Positions 1-10,165 of a stretch of DNA of 64,000 nucleotides are shown here, in pieces. Under the pieces are notes generated by a model, which saw only the letters and a list, made by a program, of their open reading frames with translations, was not told the origin of the DNA and made no database searches. The DNA is from an uncultured Spirochaetota bacterium (GTDB taxonomy: Bacteria; Spirochaetota; Spirochaetia; SZUA-6; Fen-1364): positions 531,119 through 595,118 of the forward strand of contig CAWAHW010000002.1 of the NCBI GenBank assembly GCA_963781885.1, given 5' to 3'. The position numbers and the translations under genes were made by a program. Position 1 is the stretch's first letter. Each line of letters begins with the position of its first letter.

Positions 1-105
1 GCGCTCGTCGACCCGCGCGCCATGGCGGCGCGCCAGTACAAGGTCATCACCGACAATGCCATCGCGTTCCGACGGCTCGTGCAGGACGCGCGGAGCCGCA
101 CCTGA
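1..105 (+). CDS. 3' end of upstream gene, partial (34 C-terminal codons; function not assignable)
   Basis: Open frame from the window edge to TGA at 103-105. TGATG overlap with the kdgK start, consistent with translational coupling. Confidence 0.3.
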   Translation, partial: ALVDPRAMAARQYKVITDNAIAFRRLVQDARSRT

Positions 106-1133
106 TGGCAAAAAAGGTCGTCCTCTTCGGGGAGCTCCTCATGCGGCTGGCGCCGAAAGGCGTCGACAGGTTCGTGCAGGCGGAGGAGTTCGACGTCCGC
201 TACACCGGCGCCGAGGCGAACGCCGGTGTGTCGCTCGTCAATTTCGGCATGGAAGCCTATGCCGTATCAAAGGTGCCGGACACCGAGATCGGCCAGGCCT
301 GCATCAACTACCTGAGCCGGTTCCGGGTCAACACGGACCACGTGGCGCGCGGCGGGGAGCGGCTGGGCATCTTCTTCCTGGAGACCGGCGCGGCCCAGCG
401 CGCCTCGAAGATCATCTACGACCGCGGGCACAGCGCCATCCGCGATTCAACACCGTCCGACTACGATTGGGAGCGCATCTGCGAAGGCAAGGACTGGTTT
501 CATTTCTCCGGCACCGCGCCGGCGCTCGGCGAGGGGGTGCAGAGGGTGCTGGAGGACGGCCTGGTCGTCGCCCGGCGGCGGGGGCTCACGGTCAGCTGCG
601 ATCTGAACTACCGGGCAAAGCTATGGTCGCCGGCCGAGGCCCAGCGCGTGATGACCGGGTTCATGCGCCACGTCGACGTGCTCATCGGCAACGAGGAGGA
701 CGCGGAGAAGGTATTCGGCATCGCGGCGCCCGGCAGCGACGTGGGCAAGGGAAAGATCGTCGGCGACTCCTATCGCCACGTCGCCGTGGAGCTCGTGCGG
801 CGTTTCGGGTTCCAGAAGGTGGCCACGACCCTGCGGGAGAGCGTTTCCGCGTCCGTGAACGGGTGGGCGGCCATGCTGTCCGACGGCACGACGCATGTCA
901 CGAGCCGCCGCTACGAGATCGCCCCAATCGTGGATCGGGTGGGCGCCGGCGACTCCTTCACCGGCGGTCTCATCTTTGCGCTCCTGTCGGGCTACGACCT
1001 GCAACGCAGCGTCGATTTCGCCGCGGCAGCATCCTGCCTGAAACATTCGATCGCCGGGGACTTCAATCTCGCTTCCGTCCGGGAGGTGGAGGCGCTGATC
1101 GCCGGTGAAGCGTCGGGAAGGGTGCAGAGATGA
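105..1133 (+). CDS. kdgK: 2-dehydro-3-deoxygluconokinase (PfkB-family sugar kinase)
   Basis: 342-aa ORF. PfkB ribokinase-family signature including the C-terminal GAGDSF motif; N-terminal MAKKVVLFGELLMRLAP is typical of KdgK. Confidence 0.8.
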   Translation: MAKKVVLFGELLMRLAPKGVDRFVQAEEFDVRYTGAEANAGVSLVNFGMEAYAVSKVPDTEIGQACINYLSRFRVNTDHVARGGERLGIFFLETGAAQRASKIIYDRGHSAIRDSTPSDYDWERICEGKDWFHFSGTAPALGEGVQRVLEDGLVVARRRGLTVSCDLNYRAKLWSPAEAQRVMTGFMRHVDVLIGNEEDAEKVFGIAAPGSDVGKGKIVGDSYRHVAVELVRRFGFQKVATTLRESVSASVNGWAAMLSDGTTHVTSRRYEIAPIVDRVGAGDSFTGGLIFALLSGYDLQRSVDFAAAASCLKHSIAGDFNLASVREVEALIAGEASGRVQR

Positions 1134-1209
1134 AAGGGGTCACCGCGCAGGCTCGAAGCCTGCCATGGGCTAAAGGCACCGGCCGCTGACGGCAGGGGAG
1201 GAGAAACCA

Positions 1210-2037
1210 ATGGGCTCGATGGAAGGCATGCGTGTCCTCGTGACAGGGGCGGGCACGGGGATCGGGAAGGGAATCGCGGAAGAGTTTGCGCACGAAGGGG
1301 CAACCGTGGTGCTCCATTATTCGCACAGCTCGGCCGGGGCAATCGCCGCGGCGCACGCCATCGTTGCCGCCGGCGGAAAGGCGGAGGCGATGCCCGCGGA
1401 CTTTTCCCGACGCGACGAGGTGCGGGGGCTTGCCGCGCGCGCGCTTTCATTCCTGGGGGGAATCGACGTCCTGGTCAACAACGCCGGGGTGTCCCTCACA
1501 TTGCCCTTCGAGCAGGTCACCGGCGAGCAGTTCGACCTGCTCTATGCCGTGAATGTCAGCGCGCCCTTTTTCCTCACGCAGGCGCTCCTTCCGCGTCTCT
1601 GCGAGTCGAAGAACGCGTCGGTCATCAACCTGAGCTCCATCCACGCCTACGAGGGCGCCCCCGAGTACGCCGTCTACGCGGGCACGCGCGGTGCCATCCT
1701 GGCTTTCACGCGGGAGCTCGCCATCGAGCTCGCACCGCTCGGCATACGGGTGAACGGCATCGCCCCGGGATCGACCAACGTGGAAAGCCATCGGAAGGTC
1801 GCGTCGAGCGCCGAGCTCGAAGCGGAGGGCCGGGGGATACCCGTCGGCAGGCTTGGAACGCCGCAGGACATGGGCAAGGTCGCCGTATTCCTCGCGTCGG
1901 AGGGAGCGCGCTTCATCGTCGGACAGACCATCGTGGTCGACGGCGGCACCATCTCGTGGATGCCGTTCGGGGAGCAGTTCCGACGCCGTGCGCCGAAAGA
2001 GTACCGCCTGGGCCAGGGCTACGTGCCGGGGATGTAG
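1210..2037 (+). CDS. SDR-family oxidoreductase (KduD/2-deoxygluconate-dehydrogenase-like)
   Basis: TGAGTGIG Rossmann motif, NNAG, Tyr-based active-site region. GGAGGAG RBS 6 nt upstream of ATG. Confidence 0.8.
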   Translation: MGSMEGMRVLVTGAGTGIGKGIAEEFAHEGATVVLHYSHSSAGAIAAAHAIVAAGGKAEAMPADFSRRDEVRGLAARALSFLGGIDVLVNNAGVSLTLPFEQVTGEQFDLLYAVNVSAPFFLTQALLPRLCESKNASVINLSSIHAYEGAPEYAVYAGTRGAILAFTRELAIELAPLGIRVNGIAPGSTNVESHRKVASSAELEAEGRGIPVGRLGTPQDMGKVAVFLASEGARFIVGQTIVVDGGTISWMPFGEQFRRRAPKEYRLGQGYVPGM

Positions 2038-2080
2038 GGTGGCGGCGGCAGGCGTCAGGCCTGCCGCCACTGTCGGATCT

Positions 2081-2983
2081 CTACAACAGCTCGTTCGCCG
2101 TGAGCGCCCGCTTGATCTCGGTCGCCTGCTCGGGGCCCATGGGCTCCAGCGGCGCGAGCGCCTTGCCCGCGCCGATGCCCATGAGCGAGGCGGCGTGCTT
2201 GAAGCCCGTTACCCAGCTCGCCGGCCCGCCGACAAGCGGCGCGCGCACGGGCTGCAACTTGGCGAATAGCCGCGTCACGGCCTCCCAATCCGCCCGTGTG
2301 GCCGCATCGAAAAGCCGCACGAACAGCGCAGGGGCGATGTTGGCCGTCCCCGGCACGATGCCCGCGGCGCCTGCCTTCAGCTCTTCCACCAGCGTGACCT
2401 CGTCACCGGCAAGCACGGAAAGTCCCACATCCTTGCCGCGTTTCACGAGATCGCGGAAATAGGCGACGTCGCCCGAGCTTTCCTTGCAGTACCGTATCCA
2501 TCCGCGCCGCGCCATGTCGCAGACCATTCCCACGTCCAGCGCGACACCCGTGCTCTGGGGGATGTTGTAGGCGATCATCTCCATGTCGCCGGCCGCCTCG
2601 CGCGCCGCGGCGTAAAGACGAAGCTGCTCGGAGGCGCTCCTGGCTGCAATGTAGAAGCTTGGTGTCAGGACGAAGCCGCGGCACCCGACCTGGCGCAGCA
2701 CGCGCACCTTCTCGATGACGCGGGAGGCCGACGTCTCCATGACGCCCGTCACGAGGCTCGTTTTCGATCCGCACTCGTCGTATGCGATCTCCGCCAAGCG
2801 CTGCCATTCCGCGAACGTGAGGAGGGGTCCTTCACCCGCGGTGCCCCCGGCGAAAATCCCGCGCACACCCGCGGCGATGAGCCGGCGTATCAGGGACCGC
2901 AGCCCCTGCTCGTCCACCCGCTCCTGCGCATTGGTGGGTGTGATGATGGGAACGACGACGCCATGCAGAGACTGTTTGTCCAC
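2081..2983 (-). CDS. Dihydrodipicolinate synthase/N-acetylneuraminate lyase family aldolase
   Basis: 300-aa ORF with DHDPS-family motifs (GTTGE, YNIP, conserved Lys region). GTG start at 2983 preceded by a GGGAGG RBS. Confidence 0.75.
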   Translation of the reverse strand: MDKQSLHGVVVPIITPTNAQERVDEQGLRSLIRRLIAAGVRGIFAGGTAGEGPLLTFAEWQRLAEIAYDECGSKTSLVTGVMETSASRVIEKVRVLRQVGCRGFVLTPSFYIAARSASEQLRLYAAAREAAGDMEMIAYNIPQSTGVALDVGMVCDMARRGWIRYCKESSGDVAYFRDLVKRGKDVGLSVLAGDEVTLVEELKAGAAGIVPGTANIAPALFVRLFDAATRADWEAVTRLFAKLQPVRAPLVGGPASWVTGFKHAASLMGIGAGKALAPLEPMGPEQATEIKRALTANELL

Positions 2984-3028
2984 GATAACCTCCCTGGAGC
3001 GCCGGGCTTCAGACCGGGCGCGCCGGCA

Positions 3029-4174
3029 TCATGACGAAAGCGGGTATCGCCCCGCGTTCCTCACCTCGTCGCACATGGCAACGATATTCTGAGGCGGCAC
3101 ATCGGGCTGGATGCAGTGCACGGCCGCGGCGACATAGCCGCCCCCCGGGGCAAGATCGCCGATGCGGCGCCGGACCTCGGCGCGCACGTCAGCTTCGCTG
3201 CCGTGGGGAAGGACGGTCTGGGTATCGATGGCGCCGCAGAAGGAGAGCCGGCCGCCGAACTCCCGTTTCAGACGGGCGGTGTCGGCGAGGTCCTTTGCCG
3301 AGACCTGCACGGGGTTCAGCAGGTCGACACCGACATCGGCCAGGTCCCCGATGAGCGGATAGATGTTGCCGCAGGAATGGAAGAAGACCTTCGCGCGGGT
3401 ACCCTCGTGAATCGCCGCGAGCGTCTCCGCCTGGTGGGGCTTGACGAGCCGTCGGTATAGCGCGGGCGCCATGAATGTCGAGTCCTGCGTGCCCAGGTCA
3501 TCGCCCGTGAGTGCGATGTCGACAAAGTCTCCCACCTGACGGAAGAGCTCGCGGAGATACGGGATCATGCGGATCTTGAACTCGTGCATGAGCGCAAGGA
3601 AGAAGTCCTCGTCCGCCGCCAGATCCATCAGGCACTCGGAAAGGCCCCGCATGAGGTATGCCTGCTCGAAGAGAGTGACGCCCGTCATGAGGATGCAGGC
3701 TTTGCCGGACTGCTGGATCGCCCGGCAGCGCGCGGCCAGGCCTTCGAAACGGGACGGCGCCGACAGATCGGGCCAGGGGTAACGGGGCAGATCCTCAATG
3801 CGCGCGTTGCGCAGCGGAGGCTCGATCACCTCGAAGTAGCCGGTGCCCGGGTTGCGCGTCCAGGTGCAGCCCCAGTCGTCGACCAGCTCGTCCGGCGAGA
3901 CGTCGCGGCGAAGCGTGGATGCCGCGGGACCGGGCACGCAGGGGCGGCCGTCCGAGCCCAGGCGCTCCATCACCGCCTCGTCCATCCACGTGTACTGGAA
4001 TTGCCGCGATATCCAGCGCAGGGGACCCGGCTCGATGCCAAGGTGCCTCGCAAGACGCGGGTAGCCGGGCCCCAGGACCGTGGTGGCACCCGACGTTCCG
4101 ATGAAGAGAGGGACCCGGTCCGGCTCCTCGTGATTCAGCGCCATCGCCACGCGTTCGCGCGACGTCATGCCCAT
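3029..4174 (-). CDS. Uroporphyrinogen decarboxylase (URO-D) family protein (MtaA/CmuA-like), paralog 1
   Basis: The ORF-track frame extends to 4381, but the real start is ATG at 4174 (MGMTSRERV) with a GGAGAGGAG RBS. URO-D/MtaA-type N-terminus and C-terminal motifs. Confidence 0.75.
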   Translation of the reverse strand: MGMTSRERVAMALNHEEPDRVPLFIGTSGATTVLGPGYPRLARHLGIEPGPLRWISRQFQYTWMDEAVMERLGSDGRPCVPGPAASTLRRDVSPDELVDDWGCTWTRNPGTGYFEVIEPPLRNARIEDLPRYPWPDLSAPSRFEGLAARCRAIQQSGKACILMTGVTLFEQAYLMRGLSECLMDLAADEDFFLALMHEFKIRMIPYLRELFRQVGDFVDIALTGDDLGTQDSTFMAPALYRRLVKPHQAETLAAIHEGTRAKVFFHSCGNIYPLIGDLADVGVDLLNPVQVSAKDLADTARLKREFGGRLSFCGAIDTQTVLPHGSEADVRAEVRRRIGDLAPGGGYVAAAVHCIQPDVPPQNIVAMCDEVRNAGRYPLSS

Positions 4175-4199
4175 TTGTGTCTCCTCTCCCCGCGCCGGC

Positions 4200-5327
4200 C
4201 TAGTAGGTCCCCATGGCAAGGCCCTTGTCCACGAAGTGCCGGTAGGTGGGGTAATCGACAAGGCTCGACACGCTGTGGTCCACCTGCAGGATGTACCCGC
4301 TGCCGGCCATTGCTCCGGGAAGCTTGCGTGAAAGCTCCGCATCGACCACGGAAAGGTCATTCGTCTCCAGGGTCCGCGCATCCATGCCGCCGATCAGCGC
4401 GATCCTGTCCCCCACGTCCTTCTTGATCTTCAGCAGATCCATGCCGGCCTTCGTCTCGATCGGCTGGAGGCAGTCGATGCCCGCCTCCAGGAGGGACGGC
4501 AGCAGCGCTTCAACGAAGCCGTCGCAGTGGAGGATCACGGGAAGCCCCCGGCTGTGCGCGAAGTCGAAGAGTCTCTTGTGCGCGGGAAAAACGATCTGGC
4601 GATACATCGCGGGAGACATGAAGGGCTTGTTCTTGAACCCCAGGTCATCCCACACCCAGAGGCCATCGGGCAGGCCTTCTTTCGCGAAGAGTTGCTCAAG
4701 CAACCGGATCGTGACCGTGGCAAAGAGGTCGGCCATCTCGGTTACCCATGGCTCGTCGAGCGCCATCCCCATGAGCAGGTACTCGTGCCCGCACATGGGT
4801 GACATGAGGTCGAAGGCGCCGACGACCCCGCAGGAGAGAAAGAGCTCCTGCCGGGCGCATTTCTCCCTCATCTGCCGGTAGCGGTCGGAGCGGATGCGGC
4901 GGGAATCCAGGCTGAGATTCGTGAGGTGCGGCTTGATGTGCTCCTCCCACCCCGCCCGGTCGCGCACCGTGAAGTCAACGTGCTCGGGAGCGCCCGACCC
5001 GTTCTTCAGCCAGCGCAGGAAGGCGCCGTTTCCGTCGCGGATCAGCTTTGCCGTGTCCGTTTCCTCCACGACGGCTTGCCCGGCGTCAAGGTCGGCCACC
5101 AGCTCCAGCACATTGCCCGGCATGGGAGTGATTTCCCCGCTTGTGCGACGGACGTCCAGGCCGAAATGATCGCTCACGTCCTCAGGCGCCTTGTACCAGC
5201 CCTGAGCGCACCACGTGTCGGCCGTCTCCCGCCAGAAGACTTCGAAGAGACCCACCCTGTCCACGGGCTGATGCTTCAGGATCCTCGAGATGCGCTCCCT
5301 GCTCGTGAGGGGGGAAGCCTTTTTCAT
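4200..5327 (-). CDS. Uroporphyrinogen decarboxylase (URO-D) family protein, paralog 2
   Basis: Start MKKASPLTSRERI at 5327 (the ORF-track frame extends to 5534). ATGA start/stop overlap with the upstream gene. URO-D family conservation (HCDG, GGMD regions). Confidence 0.75.
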   Translation of the reverse strand: MKKASPLTSRERISRILKHQPVDRVGLFEVFWRETADTWCAQGWYKAPEDVSDHFGLDVRRTSGEITPMPGNVLELVADLDAGQAVVEETDTAKLIRDGNGAFLRWLKNGSGAPEHVDFTVRDRAGWEEHIKPHLTNLSLDSRRIRSDRYRQMREKCARQELFLSCGVVGAFDLMSPMCGHEYLLMGMALDEPWVTEMADLFATVTIRLLEQLFAKEGLPDGLWVWDDLGFKNKPFMSPAMYRQIVFPAHKRLFDFAHSRGLPVILHCDGFVEALLPSLLEAGIDCLQPIETKAGMDLLKIKKDVGDRIALIGGMDARTLETNDLSVVDAELSRKLPGAMAGSGYILQVDHSVSSLVDYPTYRHFVDKGLAMGTY

Positions 5328-6415
5328 GGTGTTCGATCTCCTCTTTTTCGTGTCAGGGACGGCGATGCCCCCATCATGCGCGCGGCGAGGTGCTCGATGG
5401 GTGTTCGCGGTCCCCGGAAAAATCGCACGGTGCTCACGTCGTCGTACCGGTTTCTGCCGGTGTCCCCGCCGATGGCGGGCGCGTGATACTCCAGCTCGCT
5501 GAAGCTGCCCAGGGCCGCATTGTTCACGGCGCATGCCTGCACGGCGCAGGCGGGCGGACCGGATCGCGGCGTGTCGATGTAGAGGAGACCCGGGTCCACC
5601 GCGAAATCCCGCACGATGAGATCGGCGCGCCCGCCGTTCCCGTGCAGGTAGCCCACGCGACCCGTGACCGATTCAGGGGGCAGCCCGATCTTCTTGTCTC
5701 CCTGTCCCCGCATCGCCCACTGGACGAGCGCCTGCTGCCGCCCCACGTCCTCCGCGGGGATGAGACCGAAAAAAAGGACCGGTTCGGGGCGATCTTTCAC
5801 GCCGAAGAGCATCACCCCGCCGTGGGGAAGCTGCAGGAGGTTCCAGAGCCCCACGGGGGTGCGCGGCGCGAGCTGCGTGACCTCGAGGGTGCAGCGCAGG
5901 GTGTAGCCGCAGGACAGGATCCCCTGCACCGGCAGATCGTTGCGCACGGCATCCGGGTCCATCGCTTCGACGCTTTTTGAAAGCGACAGCCCGACATCCT
6001 CGGCTGTGCGAAACGAGTGGAGGGAGAAGGAGGTGGACATGACCAGGCGTGTCGCCTCCCGGCGGCAGGTGAAGCTGCCGGGATCGAATACGCGGGGCTG
6101 GAAGTAGCCTTCCTCCCTTGGGTAGCGCGGGAGGAAGAAATCCGCTTCGGGTGCAATCCAAGTGCGGTCACCGCCGGTATTGCACCATGCGCCTGATTCG
6201 AAGAGACGGCGCGCGCTGTCCGTCCGGTCCAGCGCGGAATTGTTCCAGAGGAAGCCCTCCTCCTCGGTTCCGGGAAAGACGCCCAGCACGCGCGCCCCAT
6301 GGGGGAGCACGACGACGCGTGCGCCGTCCGGTGCACGGAGGATCTCGGCGGGCTTGCCTGCCTCGGCCAGCCGCGCGGCCAGGGCGGCGGTAGCCCCGTC
6401 AGACTTTGACGCCAT
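5324..6415 (-). CDS. Hypothetical protein (no recognisable family), translationally coupled to the URO-D paralog
   Basis: 363-aa ORF with protein-like composition. Start ATG at 6415, 13 nt after the upstream stop; its TGA overlaps the next ATG (ATGA). Confidence 0.5.
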   Translation of the reverse strand: MASKSDGATAALAARLAEAGKPAEILRAPDGARVVVLPHGARVLGVFPGTEEEGFLWNNSALDRTDSARRLFESGAWCNTGGDRTWIAPEADFFLPRYPREEGYFQPRVFDPGSFTCRREATRLVMSTSFSLHSFRTAEDVGLSLSKSVEAMDPDAVRNDLPVQGILSCGYTLRCTLEVTQLAPRTPVGLWNLLQLPHGGVMLFGVKDRPEPVLFFGLIPAEDVGRQQALVQWAMRGQGDKKIGLPPESVTGRVGYLHGNGGRADLIVRDFAVDPGLLYIDTPRSGPPACAVQACAVNNAALGSFSELEYHAPAIGGDTGRNRYDDVSTVRFFRGPRTPIEHLAARMMGASPSLTRKRGDRTP

Positions 6416-7367
6416 TCACGACGTTCGGCGGCTTGCCCCCGCGCAGCATGACGGCCACGGTCTCCGCGACGTCCGTGCGGAGCTTCAGACCCGAGGTCGG
6501 GCTGCCGGAGGCGCAGTGCGGGTTGATGAGCACGTTGTCGAGCTTCGCGAGCGGATGACCCGTCGGGATGGGCTCGGGATCCGTGACGTCCAGGGCGGCC
6601 CCCGCAAGGTGACCGCTCTGCAGCGCGGCGACAAGGTCGTCCGTCTTCACGAGTGTCCCGCGGGAGACATTGACCAGGAGCGAGCCGCGCTTCATCTTCG
6701 CGATGGACTGCGCGTTTATCATCTGCCGCGTCTCCGGCGTGCTCGGGCAATGGAGCGACACGAGGTCGCTCTGCGCGAAGAGCTCCTCCCGCGTCACGGG
6801 GATGAAGCCGTCCTTCTTGATGCGCCGCGCCTCCACGTGGGGGTCGGCCACGATGACGCGGCACTTGAACGGCGCCAGGCGGAGAGCCACCTCGCGGCCG
6901 ATGCGGCCGTAGGCAACGATGCCGACGGTCATGTCCTTCAACGCGCGCATGTCCTTGATGTCCACCGCGAGACTCCAGCTTCCCGCGCGGATGCGCATCG
7001 CGTTCTGGCTGATGCGCCGCGTCATCTCCAGGATCATCGCCAGGGCGTGATCGGCAACCTCGTTCGTGCAATAGTCCGGCACGTTGCAGACGGGTATCTT
7101 CTTCGCCGCGGCCGCGGCGAGATCGACATTGTCCACCCCGATGCCGTAGCGCACGATGACGCGGCACTTCTGCATCGCAGCGATCACCTCCGCGGTGACG
7201 GGAGCGAACTGCGTGATCACGTAGTCGGCGTCTTTCACCAGCGCAACGAGGCCCGGCTTTTCCTTGCCGGTCTTCAGCGAGGTGAACTGGCAGCCCAGCG
7301 GCTCCAGTATTCCCTTTTCGATGTCCAGGACGTCAAAACCATAATCCGTCACGGCGACGATCGGCAT
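6399..7367 (-). CDS. D-isomer-specific 2-hydroxyacid dehydrogenase (PGDH/glyoxylate reductase-like)
   Basis: 322 aa. NAD-binding GxGxxG (AYGRIGREVA), catalytic-domain motifs, C-terminal GAALDV..EP. Confidence 0.8.
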   Translation of the reverse strand: MPIVAVTDYGFDVLDIEKGILEPLGCQFTSLKTGKEKPGLVALVKDADYVITQFAPVTAEVIAAMQKCRVIVRYGIGVDNVDLAAAAAKKIPVCNVPDYCTNEVADHALAMILEMTRRISQNAMRIRAGSWSLAVDIKDMRALKDMTVGIVAYGRIGREVALRLAPFKCRVIVADPHVEARRIKKDGFIPVTREELFAQSDLVSLHCPSTPETRQMINAQSIAKMKRGSLLVNVSRGTLVKTDDLVAALQSGHLAGAALDVTDPEPIPTGHPLAKLDNVLINPHCASGSPTSGLKLRTDVAETVAVMLRGGKPPNVVNGVKV

Positions 7368-7377
7368 GTTTCTTCTC

Positions 7378-8163
7378 TCACTTTCCCACGACAGGGTTGC
7401 GCAGCACGCCGATGCCCTCGATCTCCACCTCGAAGACGTCCCCCGGCCGCAACCACGTGGGCGGCGTCTGGGCGAATGCGCATCCGGCCGGGGTGCCCGT
7501 GGAAAGGACGGAGCCCGGCAGGAGCGTCATTCCCTGGGACAGGTAGCTCACCAGGAAGGCGACGTCGAAGATGAGGTCCGCGGTGGAGGCGTCCTGCATC
7601 GTCTTTCCGTTGAGTCTCCCCTGGATGTGGAGATGCGTTGGATCGAGCTCCGTCTCGATCCAGGGACCAAGGGGACAGAAGGTATCGAACGATTTTGCCC
7701 GCGACCATTGGCCGTCCTTGTTCTGCACGTCGCGGGCGCTCACGTCGTTCGCGCAGGTGTAGCCGAAGACGTACTTCAGCGCATCCTTGCGGTCCACGTT
7801 CCGCGCCGGCTTTCCGATCACGACGGCGAGCTCGGACTCGTAGTCGATCTGGCCGGGTGCGACGTGGGGAAGGACGATGGGCGACCCGGGATCGGTGACG
7901 CAGGAGGAGGACTTCATGAAGAGCAGCGGTTCCGTCGGGGGCGCCTCTCCGCCTTCGGCCGCGTGCGCCTTGTAGTTCCTGCCGAAGCAAAGAAGATTGA
8001 CGGGGATGAGGGGCGCCAGGAGCTTCACGTCCGCCATCGGCAAGGGGCGGCCGTCCTTTTTCCAGTTGCCGAAAATGTCCCCGGCGATGGGCTGGGCCTT
8101 GTCGCCCTCCAGGATCGCGTGGACTACCGCGCCCTTGGCCGTTCGAATGCGTGAGATTTTCAT
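7378..8163 (-). CDS. Fumarylacetoacetate hydrolase (FAH) family protein
   Basis: 261 aa. FAH-fold motifs (YESELAVVIGK, GTPAG). Confidence 0.8.
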   Translation of the reverse strand: MKISRIRTAKGAVVHAILEGDKAQPIAGDIFGNWKKDGRPLPMADVKLLAPLIPVNLLCFGRNYKAHAAEGGEAPPTEPLLFMKSSSCVTDPGSPIVLPHVAPGQIDYESELAVVIGKPARNVDRKDALKYVFGYTCANDVSARDVQNKDGQWSRAKSFDTFCPLGPWIETELDPTHLHIQGRLNGKTMQDASTADLIFDVAFLVSYLSQGMTLLPGSVLSTGTPAGCAFAQTPPTWLRPGDVFEVEIEGIGVLRNPVVGK

Positions 8164-8444
8164 GCTGCCTCCGTCGTCATGACACCGGCTGAGATATTCC
8201 CCGGTACACTATTCCAACAGCCCCGAATGTCAACGGACGGCCCGCCCGCACTCTATAGAAATGTCCCTCTGGTTCAGGCAGCTCACCGCATTCCACGGTG
8301 TTGACAGCTGCTCCGCATTCGTCGACATTCGAAAGGCTCCAAACGGCCCTCGCGCGGGCCCCATGGACAAGATACGTAATCCGGTCCCGGCCGCCACGCG
8401 GCGCGGCATGCCGGGATGCGTGAGGGCAGGGAAAGGAGACCGGC

Positions 8445-8894
8445 ATGATCGCCGACACGCTTGCGAACGCGGGATTGTACAAGGGCCTCGGCGGGCGCAT
8501 CGCCCGCGCCCTGGATGTCCTGGGCAGCAAAGATTTCCGTTCCATGGAGCCGGGCAGGATCGAGGTGGATGGTTCGTCACTGTTCTACATGGTCCAGATG
8601 TACACGACGAAACCGCGGGAAAAAGGGGAGTGGGAATCGCATCCGAAATATGTCGACGTGCAGTACGTGGTGGACGGCGTCGAGCGCATCGGCTGGGCTC
8701 CCCCGTCGCGGCTGTCGGTCGTCACACCCTACGACGGGGAATCGGATGCAACACTTTATGCCGGTGACGGCGATTTCGTGCTTCTGCCGCCGGGGTCATT
8801 CATGATCCTGTGGCCGGGAGACGCGCACATGCCGGGAACGTCGGTGGACCGGCCCCTGCCGGTGCGCAAAGTCGTTGTGAAAGTGCTGCTGTAG
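8445..8894 (+). CDS. YhcH/YjgK/YiaL family protein (DUF386; NanQ/EbgC/YiaL-like)
   Basis: 149 aa; the family's length and conserved His/Asp positions. AAAGGAG RBS. Confidence 0.75.
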   Translation: MIADTLANAGLYKGLGGRIARALDVLGSKDFRSMEPGRIEVDGSSLFYMVQMYTTKPREKGEWESHPKYVDVQYVVDGVERIGWAPPSRLSVVTPYDGESDATLYAGDGDFVLLPPGSFMILWPGDAHMPGTSVDRPLPVRKVVVKVLL

Positions 8895-8907
8895 CGGCGG
8901 CTCCGGT

Positions 8908-10152
8908 TCAGGTGCCGGCCAGCCAGGAATACGGCTTCTCGATGGAGTCTTTCACACTCCGCAGGAAGCGCGCCGCCGGCGCCCCGTCGACAAGGCGGTG
9001 GTCGAATGTCAGGCTCAGCACGACCATGCGTCGTATGGCGACCGTTCCCGCATCCGCATCGGTGACGACCTGCCGGGCGACGATGCGCCCCACGCCGAGC
9101 ACGGCGCATTCCGGCAGGTTGATGATCGGTGTGAATGCATCGATGTCGTAGGCGCCGAGATTCGTGATTGTGAATGTCCCGCCGCGCAGGTCCTCTGCCG
9201 CCACGCGGCCCTCTCGGGTCGCCTCCACAAGGTGCGCGGAGACTTCAGCGATCTGTCGCAGACTCTTTCCCTGCACCGACCTGATCACGGGGACCAGGAG
9301 GCCTCGCTCCGTGTCGACCGCGAGCCCCACGTTCACCTCGGGCGGCCGCACGATCTCGTTACCCTCGAGGCGCGCATTGCACGCGGGGTGCTCCCGCAGC
9401 GCGCGGGCCGCGATGAGGATGAGCATGTCATTGTAGGTCGGCACGACGGGCGCGCCTTCCTTCTTGAACATCGCGCGCAGCCGTACCATCTCCGTGGCAT
9501 CCGCCTCCGTGGTGAGCGTCACCGCCGCGGTGGTCTGCGCGCTTGCGGCCATCCTCTGCGCGATCACCCGGCGCGGGCCGCTGATCGGCGCTGCGGCTGC
9601 GGGCACGGGGCCTGCGGCAGCCCCAACGTCCGCGCCGGCCCGCGCGGCCTGCCGCACGTCGCGTTCCACGATGCGGCCCGTCCGGCCCGAACCGCCGAGT
9701 GTCTCCCAGGCCACGCCCAACTCCCCGGCGACGCGCTTTGCGCGCGGGCTGATGGCGGGACGCCCGGTCTGTGTCGGGGCGGCGCGCGGTATTGCCGCCG
9801 CGGCGGTTGGGGCGGCCGCAGGCGCGGCAGCGGCGGGCGCGGGGACAGCGATTTCCGCCGGGGCTTCGGTGGCGGCAGGCGCGCCCGCCGGCTTCGGTTT
9901 GGCTTCACCCGGCGCGAGCAGATAGGCCAGAAGCGTGCCGACCGGCACCGCCTTTCCCTTGGGAGGGCATTCCGGGGGGATATAGAGGATGCCGCTTTCC
10001 AGAGCCTCACACTCCTGGATCGCCTTGTCGCTCTCCACCTCGAAGAGGATCTCTCCCGCCGTGACGGTGTCGCCCTCGTTTTTGCGCCAGCCGGCGAGCG
10101 CCCCCTCCTCCATGTTCCACCCCAGGCGGGGCATCACGATTTCGAATGCCAT
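8908..10152 (-). CDS. Dihydrolipoamide acyltransferase (E2) of 2-oxoacid (pyruvate/acetoin) dehydrogenase complex
   Basis: N-terminal lipoyl domain (EVESDKA), Ala/Pro linker, peripheral-subunit-binding domain, C-terminal catalytic DHRxxDG. Confidence 0.8.
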   Translation of the reverse strand: MAFEIVMPRLGWNMEEGALAGWRKNEGDTVTAGEILFEVESDKAIQECEALESGILYIPPECPPKGKAVPVGTLLAYLLAPGEAKPKPAGAPAATEAPAEIAVPAPAAAAPAAAPTAAAAIPRAAPTQTGRPAISPRAKRVAGELGVAWETLGGSGRTGRIVERDVRQAARAGADVGAAAGPVPAAAAPISGPRRVIAQRMAASAQTTAAVTLTTEADATEMVRLRAMFKKEGAPVVPTYNDMLILIAARALREHPACNARLEGNEIVRPPEVNVGLAVDTERGLLVPVIRSVQGKSLRQIAEVSAHLVEATREGRVAAEDLRGGTFTITNLGAYDIDAFTPIINLPECAVLGVGRIVARQVVTDADAGTVAIRRMVVLSLTFDHRLVDGAPAARFLRSVKDSIEKPYSWLAGT

Positions 10153-10165
10153 CCCATGCCCCCGA

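Noticed and set aside
56-1108. 350-aa plus-strand ORF overlapping kdgK in another frame
   Set aside because: Arg/Gly/Pro-rich, low-complexity translation typical of alternative-frame ORFs in 65% GC DNA. The kdgK frame carries the conserved PfkB motifs.
5812-7574. Overlapping 451-aa (minus) and 470-aa (plus) ORFs across the 2-hydroxyacid dehydrogenase region
   Set aside because: Both are Arg/Gly-rich junk frames. The dehydrogenase frame (6399-7367) has the NAD-binding and catalytic motifs.
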